DNA of 64,000 bases from Felis catus (Eukaryota): positions 188,544,001 to 188,608,000 of the forward strand of contig NC_058368.1 in assembly GCF_018350175.1 (NCBI RefSeq). Reading direction: 5' to 3'. Below are positions 51,479 to 64,000 of this stretch, in pieces. A program made the translations under genes and the position numbers. How positions within the stretch are numbered: the stretch's first letter is position 1; each line of letters starts with the position of its first letter. The notes under the pieces were generated by a model. That model searched no databases, was not told the origin of the DNA, and saw only the letters and a program-made list of their open reading frames with translations.

Positions 51479-51685
51479 GGGGTACCTGGGTGGCTTAATC
51501 GGTTAAGTGTCCAACTCTTGATTTCAGCTCAGCTCATCGTTTCATGGTTTGTGAGATTGAGCCCCACGTCAGGCTCTGTGCTGACAGTGCGGAGCCTGCT
51601 TTGGATTCTCTCTATCTCTGTACCTCCCTCACTCTTTCTCTCTCTCTCTCTCAAAATAAATAAGCAAACATTAAAAAAATAAAAC
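51479..51685 (+). mobile_element. CAN-SINE inside a MER3/MER33-like hAT fossil (~51450-51850)
   Basis: SINE body; flanks contain tagccacat and cttgaaatgtggctagt. Confidence 0.8.
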
Positions 51686-52623
51686 TAAATGTAGCTATCA
51701 AGCTCTTGAAATGTGGCTAGTCCAAATTAAGATACACTATAAGTGTAAAACACACATACCTACTTTCTAAGACTTAGTACAAAAAAGGATGCAAAATGTC
51801 TTTTTTTTAACGCAGATTGAATGTTTTTATATGATAATCTATGGGGTATGTTGTTATATATATTTATTGTTAACATATATATATATGTGTGTGTGTGTCT
51901 ATATATATATATGAGTGAGTTGACTTGCTGTGAGTTTTCTGACTATGGACATAGTGAAAATGTCTTTTGGGGTTCTTTTGTATCTTCTAATCTGGGTAGG
52001 CAAAGGATGTTAATTTCTTGTGAACTAGTTAAGGGCCCCAAGAGTCTATGGGATTTTTTTAGGTCTTTCTAAGAGGGACTTTAGAAGGATAAGACTCCAA
52101 CAGGGATTGAACCTCCAAGAGTTCAGCAAAGAACCAGAAACAGCCAGAGGAAGGGTACATAACAAATACTAAGGGTGGGAGAGCCACCGTGATAGGAACA
52201 ATCTGAGAAGAACCCATAAAAATGCTTAAGAGAAAAGAGGATAAGTTTTAAGTGTTCCAGCTTCAGGGAGCACCAACACCCAATCTCTGTAAGAGCATAG
52301 TCCAGTAAGAATTTCCTACTACCCACTCTCCTTCTTTCCTACATGCTTCAAGCCTAGGTAAGTCAGGAAGAGAGGGCAGTGGTGCTGGCAGAGAAAGAGG
52401 GCAAAGCCTGCCATAACTTCTTCATCCCCCTCACAGTTGCAGGTTTTCCATCTATAGTCCCATAGGAGGCCTGAGCTAACGTAAGGGAAAAGCCTGAACT
52501 AAATCAGTTTCAGAGTTTTAGTCATTGTTCAATTGGGACTGTGTAACCTAAGTTAGATTAGAAAAGTTATAGGATCTGGCTTAGGGGCAGGAGAACACTA
52601 AACTTCACAGAGTGGATTTTAAA

Positions 52624-52828
52624 TAATTTTTTAATGTGTATTTATTTTTTGAGAGAGAGAGAGTGAGTGAGTGGGGAAAGGGCAGAGAGAAGGAGAGGAA
52701 ATCCCAAGCAGGCTCCACGCTGTCAGCACAGAGCCCGATGCAGGGCTTGATCTCACCAACTGTGAGATCATGACCTGAGCTGAGACCAAGAGTCGGATGC
52801 TTGATAGACTGAGCCACCCAGGAGTCCC
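52624..52828 (-). mobile_element. CAN-SINE
   Basis: 20-bp TSD ttcacagagtggattttaaa. Confidence 0.92.
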
Positions 52829-52864
52829 TTCACAGAGTGGATTTTAAAATCATTTTCCTTAGGA

Positions 52865-53120
52865 TTTGCTTAATAACGTTCTCTTTTCCTTAGCTTACTT
52901 TATTATATAAGAATATAGTATGTATTACATATAACATACAAAATATGTGTTATGTTATTGGTAACAATTCCAGTCAACAGTAGGCTGTAGGCTTTAAGTA
53001 GTTAATATTTGGAGAGTCAAAAGTTATGCAAGCATTTTCAACTCTGCATCGTTGAACAAATACATTGTTGAACAATGTTGAACATTGAACAGCCCTTGCA
53101 TTGTGCAAGTGTCAAGTGTA
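52865..53120 (+). mobile_element. Tigger2-like (TcMar) DNA transposon 3' end
   Basis: tagcttactttatt...acatataacatacaaaatatgtgtt...gtcaacagtaggct...gagtcaaaagttat. Confidence 0.75.
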
Positions 53121-54184
53121 TTTGAAAGGTTATATTTGAAAGGTTAAAGAGCTCGTAAGGTATTATTTTTTATTCCGTGATGGATGCAATATAGTACAAA
53201 CTTGAAACATTTCCTTAAATTTTTGCCATCAGTGGCTATGATACTCTGTTTACTCAGCTAAGATTCAATTAATTGGAAATAAAATCCATAAACTGTTAAG
53301 CACTATATTTTCTTCCAATTTGGATTTTAAAGGTACTTTCTATTTTCTTCTGTTTCATTAATGAGCTTTTAATGAAAAACTGAGTAATATTAATATGCCA
53401 TCATTTCTTAGAGTTGCAGACTTCTGGGAGCTATTTCTAATAGTGGAATCCTGAAATCCAAAGATTACTTTGTGATTTTGATTTATTCAGAATTACCAAT
53501 TGGAATAGGCACATCAATTTAAACAACTTCCCGTTCTTTTGGAGCTATAGGAAAGATTTCTGCTCCTTCCTTTTTTCACCTAAATAGGAGAAGTGGTCTT
53601 CTGTTAAAGAGAATCATAGCATATGAGTCATAGTCTTCTCTGAAAGAAAATGAAGTCTGCAACCCCAGAGTTGAGCACTGAATGTGTTGGCATAGATTTC
53701 GGGGAATTTTCAGAGTGTAGAGGAAGTTTATATCATGCTGAACGGGAAATTTAAATATCATAGCTGTGAGTACAGTGAAAATAAAATGTGTGAGAGTGAA
53801 CATTCCTAATTATTCCTAGCATTAAAGCATTTCCTCTGAGTACTTTCTTTTTGAGTTTTTGCTAATTTTTTAATCAAAGAAATACGCTTGTTTTTAAAAG
53901 TTGAGACCTACCAGTTTTATGATAAACACTGGCTCTCTTCTGTACCACTCTGTTCCACGTTCCTGTACCAGCTCCCCACAGGCCTCTCCTTTCTAGTCAC
54001 AGCTGTGTTGGCCCTGCTACTTTCTCTCTTGGCCCTCTCTAGAAATCCTGTGAACTGGGTAATGTTCCTCCTACATTGACCCCCTAACTTTCTTACTGTT
54101 CTATTTTCCTTTTTTTCTCCCCTCTCTGTCTTTTGTTTAACTTTCTGAGATTTCCCAACTTTATCTTCCAGCCCTTTTATTGTA

Positions 54185-54341
54185 CCTTTTTTTGTTGTAT
54201 ATTGTTAATATCCATGAGCTTGTTTTCATTGAAGTTTCTTTTTACTGTGGGAGTCTTTTTTTATTTCTTAAGTATATCACTTATCTCTTTGAAGCTTTCT
54301 TTTATTCTTGAATTATCCATTTCCTCTGAGATCTTTTTTCT

Positions 54342-54391
<50 letters not shown>

Positions 54392-54481
54392 GTGTTTGTC
54401 TTTCATGGGATAGTAGTGTTTCTTAAGCCTGGATTTGAATCCTGGTTATATTTGGTAAAGATTTATAAATACTGATTTCTA
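54185..54481 (+). repeat. Copy 1 of a local direct duplication (contains a 48-nt poly-T at 54343-54390)
   Basis: Shares ttatctctttgaagctttcttttatt, ttgaattatccatttcctctgagatctttttt, tgtctttcatggga, agtagtgtttcttaagc and cctggttatatt with 55921-56175. Confidence 0.9.
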
Positions 54482-55299
54482 GGCCTCATCTGAGGCTGAT
54501 TAAACCATAAATTTTATTTAAATATCTGGAGGTCCTTAGCTGATCATTTGTATTAAAGTGAGTTAAGTTGTTGATTAGAATCTCTTTAGGGCTTACCAAC
54601 TGGTATGTTTCACAGTTGATGTTCAAGTGGGATTGGCTGTTTTTGAGTATTTGTATGTCTTTTCACTTGGACTTGGTCATTTTCCCCACATAGGAATCTC
54701 TGTATTCCCTGTAGGGGAGGCTGATGTCAGTGACTAGAATGGGTAACAATAAACATGGCAACATGTTTGGATATCTAGAAAGATTTCATCTCTCAGGGTG
54801 CAGACTTTTGTTTTAATCCCCTCTTTTCATTTGGGCATCTCCTCTCTGCTCAGGGCTGTGCATGGTCATGTCCAGGTGCCTGTTGCAGTCTCTCCAGTAA
54901 ACCTCAGTCTTCCCCCCAGGGTGGGGAAAAGAGTAATGGCTTGGCTTAAAACCACAGTTCGTTGCCTCCTATCTCTTTGTTTTCTGTGCTCTAAAATGTT
55001 GTTCTCATATCTCACTTGGTGGCCACTCCTCCTGTTTTGTTTTGCTTTTATTTATTTTTTTTAGTATTGTGGGTTTTCCTCCTTTTATACATTTATGAAT
55101 ATTTTTCACATTATTTAGATATCAGTTCTTTAAAGGCTAAAATTAATATTTGTGGGAGAAAATACCACATTATAACATGGTAGATTGTTAATAAATGTTT
55201 TTAGCTTTGTGTAAAAATGGTTGCCATTTTTGTATTCTTGTAACAGTAATACAGATCGAACACAAAACAAAAATCTCAAAGTATTGTTTTGCCCTTCAT

Positions 55300-55663
55300 T
55301 GGCAAGAAGGAAGAGAATTTGACTATATGATTCTTAATCTGGAAGAGAACATGTTCAAGAATTTTCATAAAATTTTAAAAAGAGCAATGAGAGGAGACTT
55401 GACTTGTCCAGTCAGTGAAATGGGACAGTGGACAGTATGGTACTGTCATCAGAGTAGAGTGTTGAAAAAAGAAAAATAGTAAATTCGAGGGTGCCTGGGT
55501 AGCTCAGTAAGCTAAGCATCCAACTCTTGGTTTCAGCTCAGGTCGTGATCTCATGGTTCCTGAGATTGAGCCCTGCATTGGGCTCCCCGCTGTCAGCCTG
55601 GAACCTGCTTGGGATTCTTTCTTTTCCTCCTCCTCCTCCTCTTCCTCCTCTACCTCCTCCCTA

Positions 55664-55717
<54 letters not shown>

Positions 55718-57280
55718 ATTTTTCTGCCCTTCCCCCCTCACATGCATGCTCACTCACTCTCAAATTTAAAAAAAAATAGCAAGTACTGACACAGACTCAA
55801 ATATACAAAAAATTTGAAGGTATACTAGATGGCATTTCAAAGTAATAAGAAAAGAATTGGATGATTCCAGTAGCTAGTTTTGAGACAACTGACTAAAACA
55901 TCTGGAAAAACACACTTAGATCTTTTTTTGTTGTTGAATATTTTTAATATCCAGGAACTTTTTTCATTGAATTCTTTTTATTATGACAGTCTTTTTTTTA
56001 TTTCATAGATATATCATTTATCTCTTTGAAGCTTTCTTTTATTCCTTGAATTATCCATTTCCTCTGAGATCTTTTTTTGTTTGTTTTGGTTTTTGTCTTT
56101 CATGGGACAGTAGTGTTTCTTAAGCTTGAATCACCTGGTTATATTAAGTGAAGATTTATAAGTACTGAAATTCTAAAATAAATTATTCTAAAATAAATTC
56201 CAATTTTACCTTATTCTAAAATAAATTCCAAATGTATTAATTTTTAAATTAAAGAATAATAAAACGTAGGTGGGGCACCTGGTTGGCTCAGTAGGTTAAG
56301 CATCCGACTTTGGCCATGAGGCCATGATCTCATGGTTCGTGAGTTCAAGCCCTATATCAGGCTCTGCAGACAGCTCAGAGCCTGGAGCCTACTTTATCTC
56401 CCTCTCTCTCTGCCCTTCCCCGCTCACACTCTGTCTCTCTCCCAAAAATAAATAAACATTAAAAAAAAATTTTTTTTTAAATGTACGTGATTACTTGTAT
56501 AATCTTAAGTAGGAGAACCCATGTGATTAACCATGGCACCAAAGGTAGAAACCATGAAGGAAAAGGTTTGATAGGTTTGACTATTTACAATAAAAACTTC
56601 TGTAAGAGAAAAAGTTATTAAAATATTCAAATAATACATTGGGAAAATATAGTCATGTGACAAAGGAAATTAATATCTTAGTCAAAACATAGAAGGCTAC
56701 ATTCCCCAGTAGAAATGGCCAAAGAATGTAAACAAGCATTTCACCAAATAATTGCAAATTATTTTTATGTACTTATTTGTAATTGGTAATCAACAAAATG
56801 CAATATTTAGAAAATCTTAGGAAATATTCCTTCTTTAAATTATTTTTACTGTTGGCAAGTCAGTAGAAAAATGCGCACCCTGTACCCTGGGTGTTTTGTT
56901 TCTGTAGGGCCGTCTGATTGTATGTGTCAAAGTCTTAAAGGTTTCTTCTGACTCAGTAATTACACTTTTAGGAATTTAGTCTAAGAAGATATTAGGAAAT
57001 GTGCTCCAAGTATATGAGGATGTCATAAGCGTTAAACATCAGGCTTATTCATAACAAAGCATTTTATAATTATGAACTATTTGAAAACAGCCAAATGCTA
57101 ATACTGTTTCATACACATTCAGTGTAATATACCATACAACTAAAAAAAAAAAGTGTATATGTTTATTGGTATGGGGAGAGCTACATGGATTATATGTATT
57201 AACTGAAAAAACTGTAGTGTGTACACTGTAATCTCACTTATATAATAAAACATTTGTATATTCTCTTGCATAGAATAAAT
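55300..57280 (+). mobile_element. Very old L1M fragment with SINEs at 55488-55776 and 56272-56478 (both +)
   Basis: ggagacttgacttgtccag, aaaataaattccaaatg, taaaaacttctgt, tgactcagtaattacacttttaggaattt; two SINE bodies. Confidence 0.65.
55921..56175 (+). repeat. Copy 2 of the local direct duplication, inserted in an old L1
   Basis: Same blocks in the same order as 54185-54481. Confidence 0.9.
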
Positions 57281-58008
57281 CTGAAAACAGTATGAATAGC
57301 TGATTTTTGTTGAGCACTTACTAGGTTTCAGACACAATGCTTAGACTCTGTATGCAGTGCTTTAATTAATGGACCAAAGATACTGGACTATAAAAAATTG
57401 AGTTTTCCCTTTTTATTTCTCTGTATTTTCTAACTTTTCTATAATGATCATGCCTAATCATCTGAGAAGAATTTGTTGCTTAAACAAAGTTTTACTTTCA
57501 TTATTGAGTCCTTTGGGAAGGCTTGCATGATCCTGTAAATGTAATTAAAGCTTGAAAATCTCAATGAATTTTGTCGCATCATGATCTTAGAGAAGTAACT
57601 GTATCTCTTGGATTTTATGCTTTTACCTATCAACCAGAACAATTAAATATTGATGGACCTTTGTGAAAAGAGCTATATGTAAACAGTAGTAATTGAATTA
57701 TTATAATACTGAGCTAGACATTTTAAAAAACGTTTTTTGTATTATATATGTCATCTGAAATGTGATGAAGACTAGTGGATATTTGTACTGCTTTTTTCAG
57801 ATCAGTACCTAGGGAATTGATGCTCAGAATTGACGGGACATATGAATATGTAATTATGGTCAGATGAGGTAAAAATTTGATTTAGACTGTTACCTAGGAG
57901 ATCTTAATTAGACTTTTTCAAAAGCTGTGTCATCATGCTTATTGGCATTATCTTTTGCTTTTATTTTGTGAATACCAAATCTTAAATGCATTCTCCTCCC
58001 CATTTTAG

Positions 58009-58244
58009 GTCAGTTGGTGGTGTGTACTTTATGTTCCTGTGTCATGAAAACGAAGCAGATTTGGCTGTTTTCAGCTCACATGCTTCCCCTGCTAGCACGA
58101 CTCTGCCTTGTTCCTCTGGAGACCATTGTTATCATCAACAAATTTGCTATGATTTTTACTGGATTGGAAGTTCTCTATTTTCTTGGGTCTAATCTTTTAG
58201 TACCTTATAACCTTGCTAAGTCTGCATACAGAGAATTGGTTCAG
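58009..58244 (+). CDS. RNF145: RNF145 coding exon 4 (236 nt)
   Basis: Acceptor ttttAG, donor CAG|GTAAGA. Encodes (G)QLVVCTLCSCVMKTKQIWLFSAHMLPLLARLCLVPLETIVIINKFAMIFTGLEVLYFLGSNLLVPYNLAKSAYRELVQ, matching ORF 58014..58271. Confidence 0.97.
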
Positions 58245-59759
58245 GTAAGACTGACAAGCACACACAGATAAAATTCTGCATAAATACTAGTTATATTAAA
58301 GGTTTAGCTCCTTGTTATTTCAGTCATGGTTATGGTAACATTCTGTTGGACAGTTTTTAAATAGCAACCTAATTAGGAACATGGAAGATTTTTTATTATG
58401 AAGTGTTGTATAGAGAGGCAGTAAAGGGATTCTGTGGAAGCAGAGTGTCTGGGTTTTTACTCTGGCACTGTTGTTTACTAGCTGTGTAACCTGGGGATAG
58501 TCACTTAAGTTGGTTTATCCATAAAATGGAGCTAATAATAACAGTTGTACCTAACTCATAGGGTTGCTCTGAGATTTAAGTGAGTTTGGTGCCAGGCAGA
58601 CATTATTCTGTATGTGTTGAGTATTATAACAAAGACCAAAGTAATACAGAATTGAAAATCTAGGGGTCAAATCCTGGTTTTTCTCCTGGTTATAGTCCTG
58701 TGCCTACAGTTATTTCCCCCTATGTTTGCTTAATTTATGTAAACTGAGAAGTTAAGTTGTTTATACTATGATGGATTTTGCTTAGATATACTGATGTTGC
58801 CAACATGATGTGCTTCTGCCTTATCCTACTTTTTTTACCCTTTGCTCTAAAACAGATTATTCCCAGACAGAAACAATAGATATTTATCTATTTCCACTTG
58901 CCTTAATTGATAAGTTTCAGTATATAAAATAGATACTAAAACTGACATTGATATATAAAAACAAAATGTTAAAATGGACATTCTTTACTACCTTTCAACT
59001 GTGTGTATGTGACCTTAAGGTACAGGATGCTCTCAGATTGACCAAACTGAAACTACTAAGTGAAGTGGGTTTTGTTGTTGTCGTTGTTGTTGTTGTTGTA
59101 GCCCCAGGGACAGATTTCCCGGAAAAATTTCCTTCTACTCTTGGCTTTAGCCTGATTCTGCCTTCTTTGTTCATCTTATGTAATGATTAACTTGGGCAGT
59201 TTTCCTAAAAGTAGGTCTTTCAGAGAAGAGGAAGTTATTTTCACACTCCGAGAAGAGCTATTTCATGAGGAAGCATTGTACTTCCATTCAGAGTAAGAAT
59301 GACTAGTGTTTTTCTTTGAATTCAGTCTTGTGGAGCTATCCTAGTTTGTAGGAAAACAGTAGACAGGCAGTAAACATTAATCGGATGCTGTTTTATCATC
59401 ATAAGGACAGAGCCCTCATTTTTCAATGTCATGTTTACCTTCTTGGTTGCCATAAGATTCATGCATCACTAGATGTTGTAGTTGAAAATAAATTATAGGT
59501 TATAAAATTCACAACCTGGAAAGAATTGGATAGGCAAGAAATGGAAACTATCAGGCTTTTTAGTTTCTTGAATGGAAAGGAGGAAAAATACTCTCTACCT
59601 CTCAATGATCATTTGCTGCTAATTATTTTGCACGAAGTTGGACAATTTGCTTTTTCTTTAAATATTTTCTAGTAGGGGAAAAATAGAAGTTAATCTTGAC
59701 TAGATTTTAGAAAAAACATTTGAGTTACAAATGGAATTTATCATTTTTTTATTACTAAA

Positions 59760-59966
59760 AGTATTTTTTATAATTTTTAAAAGAATGTTTATTGTTGAGA
59801 GAGAGAGAAAGACAGAGTGTGACAGGGGGAGGGGCAGAGAAAGCGAGACAGAATCTAAAGCAAGCTCCAGGGTCTGAGCTGTCAGCCTCAGAGAGGCTGT
59901 GAACTGTGAGATCATGACCTGAGCTGAAGTTGGATCCTTAACCGATTGAGCCACCTAGGTGCCTCC
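59760..59966 (-). mobile_element. CAN-SINE
   Basis: SINE body with an internal deletion. Confidence 0.85.
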
Positions 59967-60971
59967 AGGTGAAAATAATTTAAATTTAGAATAACTTGCA
60001 AGTCAATGTATTTTAACTTAATGCTTAAAAGATCTTTATCTATCTAGAGATAGGTATTAATTAGAAATCAGAATAACTTGAAGTCAGTGTATTTTAAGAT
60101 ATTTGTAGTTTATTGAAGCATTCTGGTATCACACTGAGAGTTTCAGCAAGACCATTTATTTGGCTCTGTAGGTTATAGTTTATAGCTTGCCTTGGAGAAC
60201 CCTGTTGTGTTACCAGGGTCTGGTCCCTGGCATAGTAACTCTAGAAACTTGGTTACATTGTGCTCTTCGGCTGAATCAGATTATGAAAATTGATTCTTCC
60301 TAATCAATCTCATAGATTATTTTACAAACTAGAAAGCTAATTTACTTATTAGTAGATTAATAAACTTTTTTTTACATGTACCTTTTTTCTTGGTGTTAAG
60401 GCACTTGGCAAACCAAATAAATTGAGAAATGTTTGAAAAATGCATAGGAGGAACAAGGGGAATTGATTTATCTGGGGAAAAAAAGACTTGCTAACTGTCT
60501 TCTCTCTCCAGTAAACTCCAGTGATTATTCTGCCTTCATCAAACTGTTTCACCTATAAAATTTCCTGACTAAATCCTGAAAAAGTCTTCCTTTCATATTG
60601 TCTGTTTTTCTAGCCACTCAAGCACTATTGTATCATTTAAGGTAGTCCTGATTGATCATTATGATTTACAGATGAGTCAGTTTACAACCTGCCTTTGATG
60701 TAATTTTACTCTGAAAGTGACTTTACTCTGAACCATAAGGGGAATTTATGGTGGTCATTTGATGAGTGTGTGTCGTGTTAACAATAATGAAAACTCAGTG
60801 AATTTTTAAAAATGTGGTGCTTAGTGACTGTATAGAGAAAACTTTAAAGGAATTTATCTGAAACAACCTTACAGTGAAAAAAAGCTATTTTATTTTTCTC
60901 TGTATTACTCTTTTATGTTTAAATGTGTTTGTTGAAGTGATACAAGATGTTTTCCTATCTTATTTTCTTAG

Positions 60972-61147
60972 GTAGTAGAGGTATATGGCCTTCTAGCCTT
61001 GGGAATGTCCCTGTGGAATCAACTCGTAGTCCCTGTACTTTTCATGGTTTTCTGGCTCGTCTTATTTGCTCTTCAGATTTACTCCTATTTCAGTACTCGA
61101 GATCAGCCTGCATCACGTGAGAGGCTTCTTTTCCTTTTCCTGACAAG
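60972..61147 (+). CDS. RNF145: RNF145 coding exon 5 (176 nt)
   Basis: Acceptor tcttAG, donor AG|GTAATT. Encodes VVEVYGLLALGMSLWNQLVVPVLFMVFWLVLFALQIYSYFSTRDQPASRERLLFLFLT; cumulative CDS 797 nt. Confidence 0.96.
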
Positions 61148-61399
61148 GTAATTAATGAGAACATGTGATACTGTACATAACCTTAGGAAGAGAAAACGTT
61201 GATCTAGGAGTAGTAAGTTTTGCAAATTAACTTTTCCCAGTTATATTAGAATACCCCATATTTAATTGAGATAGGATTTTCATTCAGTGGATGCCTATGT
61301 CTGGCAGTGCAGGGAAGGTGCTAATGTAATAATGGTATATTAGGTTTCGTCAAATGATTTGTGAAAAGGTACATAGCAAATTTTAAAAATATTTTTTCA

Positions 61400-61630
61400 G
61401 AGGCCCCTGGTTGGCTCAGTTGGTTAAGTGTCTGACTTCAGCTCAGGTCATGATCTCACAGTTCGTGAGTTTGAGGCCTGCACCGGACTCTGTGCTGACA
61501 GCTCAGAGCCTGGAGCCTGCTTCTGATTCTGTGTCTCCCTCTCCCTCTCTCTCTCTGCCCCTCCCCCGTTGGTAGTCTCTCTCTCTCTCTCTCTCTCTCT
61601 CAAAAATAAACATTTAAAAATATAATAAAT
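61400..61630 (+). mobile_element. CAN-SINE
   Basis: TSD aaaaatattttttca. Confidence 0.9.
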
Positions 61631-61945
61631 AAAAATATTTTTTCAATTTCAAGGTAAATTATTGGTTGGGTAAATAAAACATATGTTACTAAAAGTAATT
61701 ATCATTTACTGAGTATTTAATATATGCCAACCACACTACTAAACACTTTTCTTCACACTTAATCTTTACAGCAACCCTGAGAGATAGGTGCCTCTATTAT
61801 CATTATCATTTTAATAGCTCAGGAGACTGTGCCAAGAGTAACTTGCCCCAGGTGACACTGGTAAAAAAAACAAAAACAGTGCTGATCTCAAATCCCATCT
61901 GAGTTCAAACCCTATGACTTCCTCTTGCACTATGCCATATTATTT

Positions 61946-62009
61946 CATTTTTAAGTTTTTTTATTTTGAGAAAGCAAGAAAGTACAAGTGAGGGAGGGAC
62001 AGAGAGGGG

Positions 62010-62043
<34 letters not shown>

Positions 62044-62149
62044 CTGCACGTCAGCACGGAGCTCAACATGGGGCTCAAACCCACGAACCATGAGATCATG
62101 ACCTGAACCAAAGCCGGATGCTTAACTGACTGAGCCACCCAGCCACCCC
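61946..62149 (-). mobile_element. CAN-SINE
   Basis: TSD tatgccat(a/g)ttattt. Confidence 0.9.
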
Positions 62150-62418
62150 TATGCCATGTTATTTTTAATGTTTTGCTTCATTATTCAGATACAGTCAAAT
62201 AATTGGTGAAATAAGTATATCCTAATACTTTTCTATTTGCCCCAAAGGAATTCTAAGACTTAGTTTTTAAGATTTAGATTTTTTTAAAAAATGGTCTTAA
62301 GTCATCAGAGTCCTTTTTCTACTAAAGTATCTTTTTTGTGAGCTTATGCTAGATCTGTATTTGTTATTTTTCCACTCTTGAATTTGAATCTTAGGCCCCC
62401 AATCTAGCACATGGGTTT

Positions 62419-62455
62419 GTGTGTGTGTGTCTGTGTACACACACACACCCACACA

Positions 62456-62498
<43 letters not shown>
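62419..62498. repeat. (GT)n followed by (CA)n microsatellite
   Basis: Directly visible; self-complementary arrangement. Confidence 0.9.
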
Positions 62499-62500
<2 letters not shown>

Positions 62501-62574
62501 TCTTCATTCCCTCGTACATAAAGGCAAGACTGAAACTCTGTCCTTCAGGAAAGTACTTATAAGCAGATCAAAGG

Positions 62575-63038
62575 GTTTTTTGGTATTTTTATTTAATTTG
62601 GTTTTTTAATTTACATCCAAGTTAGCATATAGTACAACAATGATTTCAGGAGTAGATTCCTTAATGCCCCTTACTCATTTAGCCTATCCCACCTCCCGCA
62701 ACCCCTCCAGCAACCCTCTGTTTGTTCTCTATATTTGAGTCTCTTGTGTTTTGTCCCCCTCCCTGTTTTTATGTTATTTTTGCTTCCCTTTCCTTATGTC
62801 CATCTGTTTTGTAGCTTAAAGTCCTCATATGAAGTCAGATGATATTTGTCTTTCTCTGACTTAATTCACCTAGCATAATACCCTGTAGTTCCATCCACGT
62901 AGTTGGAAATGGCAAGATTTCATTCTTTTTGATTGCTGAGTAATACTCTGTTGTATATATATACCACATCTTCTTTATCCATTCGTCCATTGGTGGACAT
63001 TTGGTCTCTTTCCATACTTTGGCTCTTGTTGATAGTGT
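62575..63038 (-). mobile_element. Carnivore L1 3' fragment
   Basis: ORF 62835..63044 (KCPPMDEWIKKMWYIYTTEYYSAIKKNEILPF..WMEL) is the ORF2 C-terminus. Confidence 0.9.
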
Positions 63039-63234
63039 AAGCAAATAAAAATTTTAAATTTTTCATTAATAGAGCCATTGTTTCTCGGCCAACCAAATGA
63101 TGGAGCACTGTGCACTAAGTGGTGTAGGGAAAATGTTACACAGAATTAAATATCAATAAAAATGTCATAGGACATACCTATTTTAGTAAATAAGTAGAAT
63201 AAATTTATTGGCACTGAGTCTGATTTTGTACTTT

Positions 63235-63437
63235 AATTAATTATTTATTTATTTTTAAATGTTTATTTTTGAGAGAGAGAGCATGAGGAAGGGAGGGGCA
63301 GAGAAAGAGAGGGAGACACAGAATCCGAAGCAGGCTCCAGTCTCTGGAGCCCCATGTAGGTCTCGAACCCACAAACTGGGAGATCATGACCTGAGCCGAA
63401 GTCAGACGCTTAACCAACTGAGCCACCCAGGTGCCCC
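63235..63437 (-). mobile_element. CAN-SINE
   Basis: TSD tgattttgtacttt. Confidence 0.9.
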
Positions 63438-63733
63438 TGATTTTGTACTTTCTGAAAATAACAGCTTTAATTGATAATTAGCTTCTATAAACATGCAATA
63501 AATTGATACCAAATACATTTTGATAGCCAACTCATTATTAATGAAGTTTCACTGCTATTGGTATTTATGTAATTACTATGGAAGTTTTATGCAGAATTTT
63601 AAGATGATCCAAAAAGTAATTCAATTTAAGGAGAAAAGAAATAGAATTCTGTGGTTAGGATAATAACCTAAGCATGGGACTGGGATTGGTTGTGTTTTAA
63701 ACCGGATTATTATCCATTAGAAAGCACAATTGC

Positions 63734-63967
63734 GGGGCGCCTGGGTGGCGCAGTCGGTTAAGCGTCCGACTTCAGCCAGGTCACGATCTCGCGGTCCGTG
63801 AGTTCGAGCCCCGCGTCGGGCTCTGGGCTGATGGCTCGGAGCCTGGAGCCTGTTTCCGATTCTGTGTCTCCCTCTCTCTCTGCCCCTTGCCCGTTCATGC
63901 TCTGTCTCTCTCTGTCCCAAAAATAAATAAACGTTGGAAAAAAAAAAATTAAAAAAAAAAAAAAAAA
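63734..63967 (+). mobile_element. Young SINEC_Fc-type element
   Basis: CpG-rich body, long A tail, TSD agaaagcacaat. Confidence 0.95.
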
Positions 63968-64000
63968 AGAAAGCACAATCAAATGAAGTGTAGCATGGTG

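Larger units (their letters stand above)
21140..64000 (+). other. RNF145: RNF145 gene, 5' portion (non-coding first exon in the CpG island plus five coding exons; continues beyond the window)
   Basis: The spliced exons translate to MAAKEKLEAVLNVALRVPSIMLLDVLYRWDVSSFFQQIQRSS...RERLLFLFLT, which I recognise as the RNF145 N-terminal membrane/sterol-sensing region. The start coordinate (TSS) is approximate. Confidence 0.95.

Noticed and set aside
1270..63982. Many similar short ORFs (MAQSVK.PTSAQVMIS..., GAPGWRSRLSVRLQPGHD...)
   Set aside because: Translations of CAN-SINE copies, not a gene family.

Overview
Mammalian genomic DNA, almost certainly from a felid (dense tRNA-derived CAN-SINEs of the SINEC_Fc type and cat-type L1 3' ends). 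The window holds about 20 kb of repeat-rich upstream DNA, a CpG-island promoter (~20.75-22.6 kb) and the 5' part of RNF145, the sterol-responsive ER E3 ligase, on the + strand. Five coding exons (26919-27102, 36737-36845, 50750-50841, 58009-58244, 60972-61147) splice in frame through GT-AG introns to give the first 265 codons, and the gene continues past the window end. Also present are a 3'-truncated, polyadenylated 7SK retrocopy with target-site duplication (TSD), about 30 SINEs, several L1s (one twin-primed and inverted), MaLR LTRs and hAT/Tigger fossils. I see no evidence of a wholly new biological system. The best second-look items are in the RNF145 5' region: two strong-Kozak uORFs, alternative first-exon donors whose frame relative to the main ATG is set by a 19-nt exon-2 leader, and a near-canonical LXR DR4 element. 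A ~255-bp local duplication with a templated, stuttered junction also stands out. Family names and human comparisons are from memory, not from searches.
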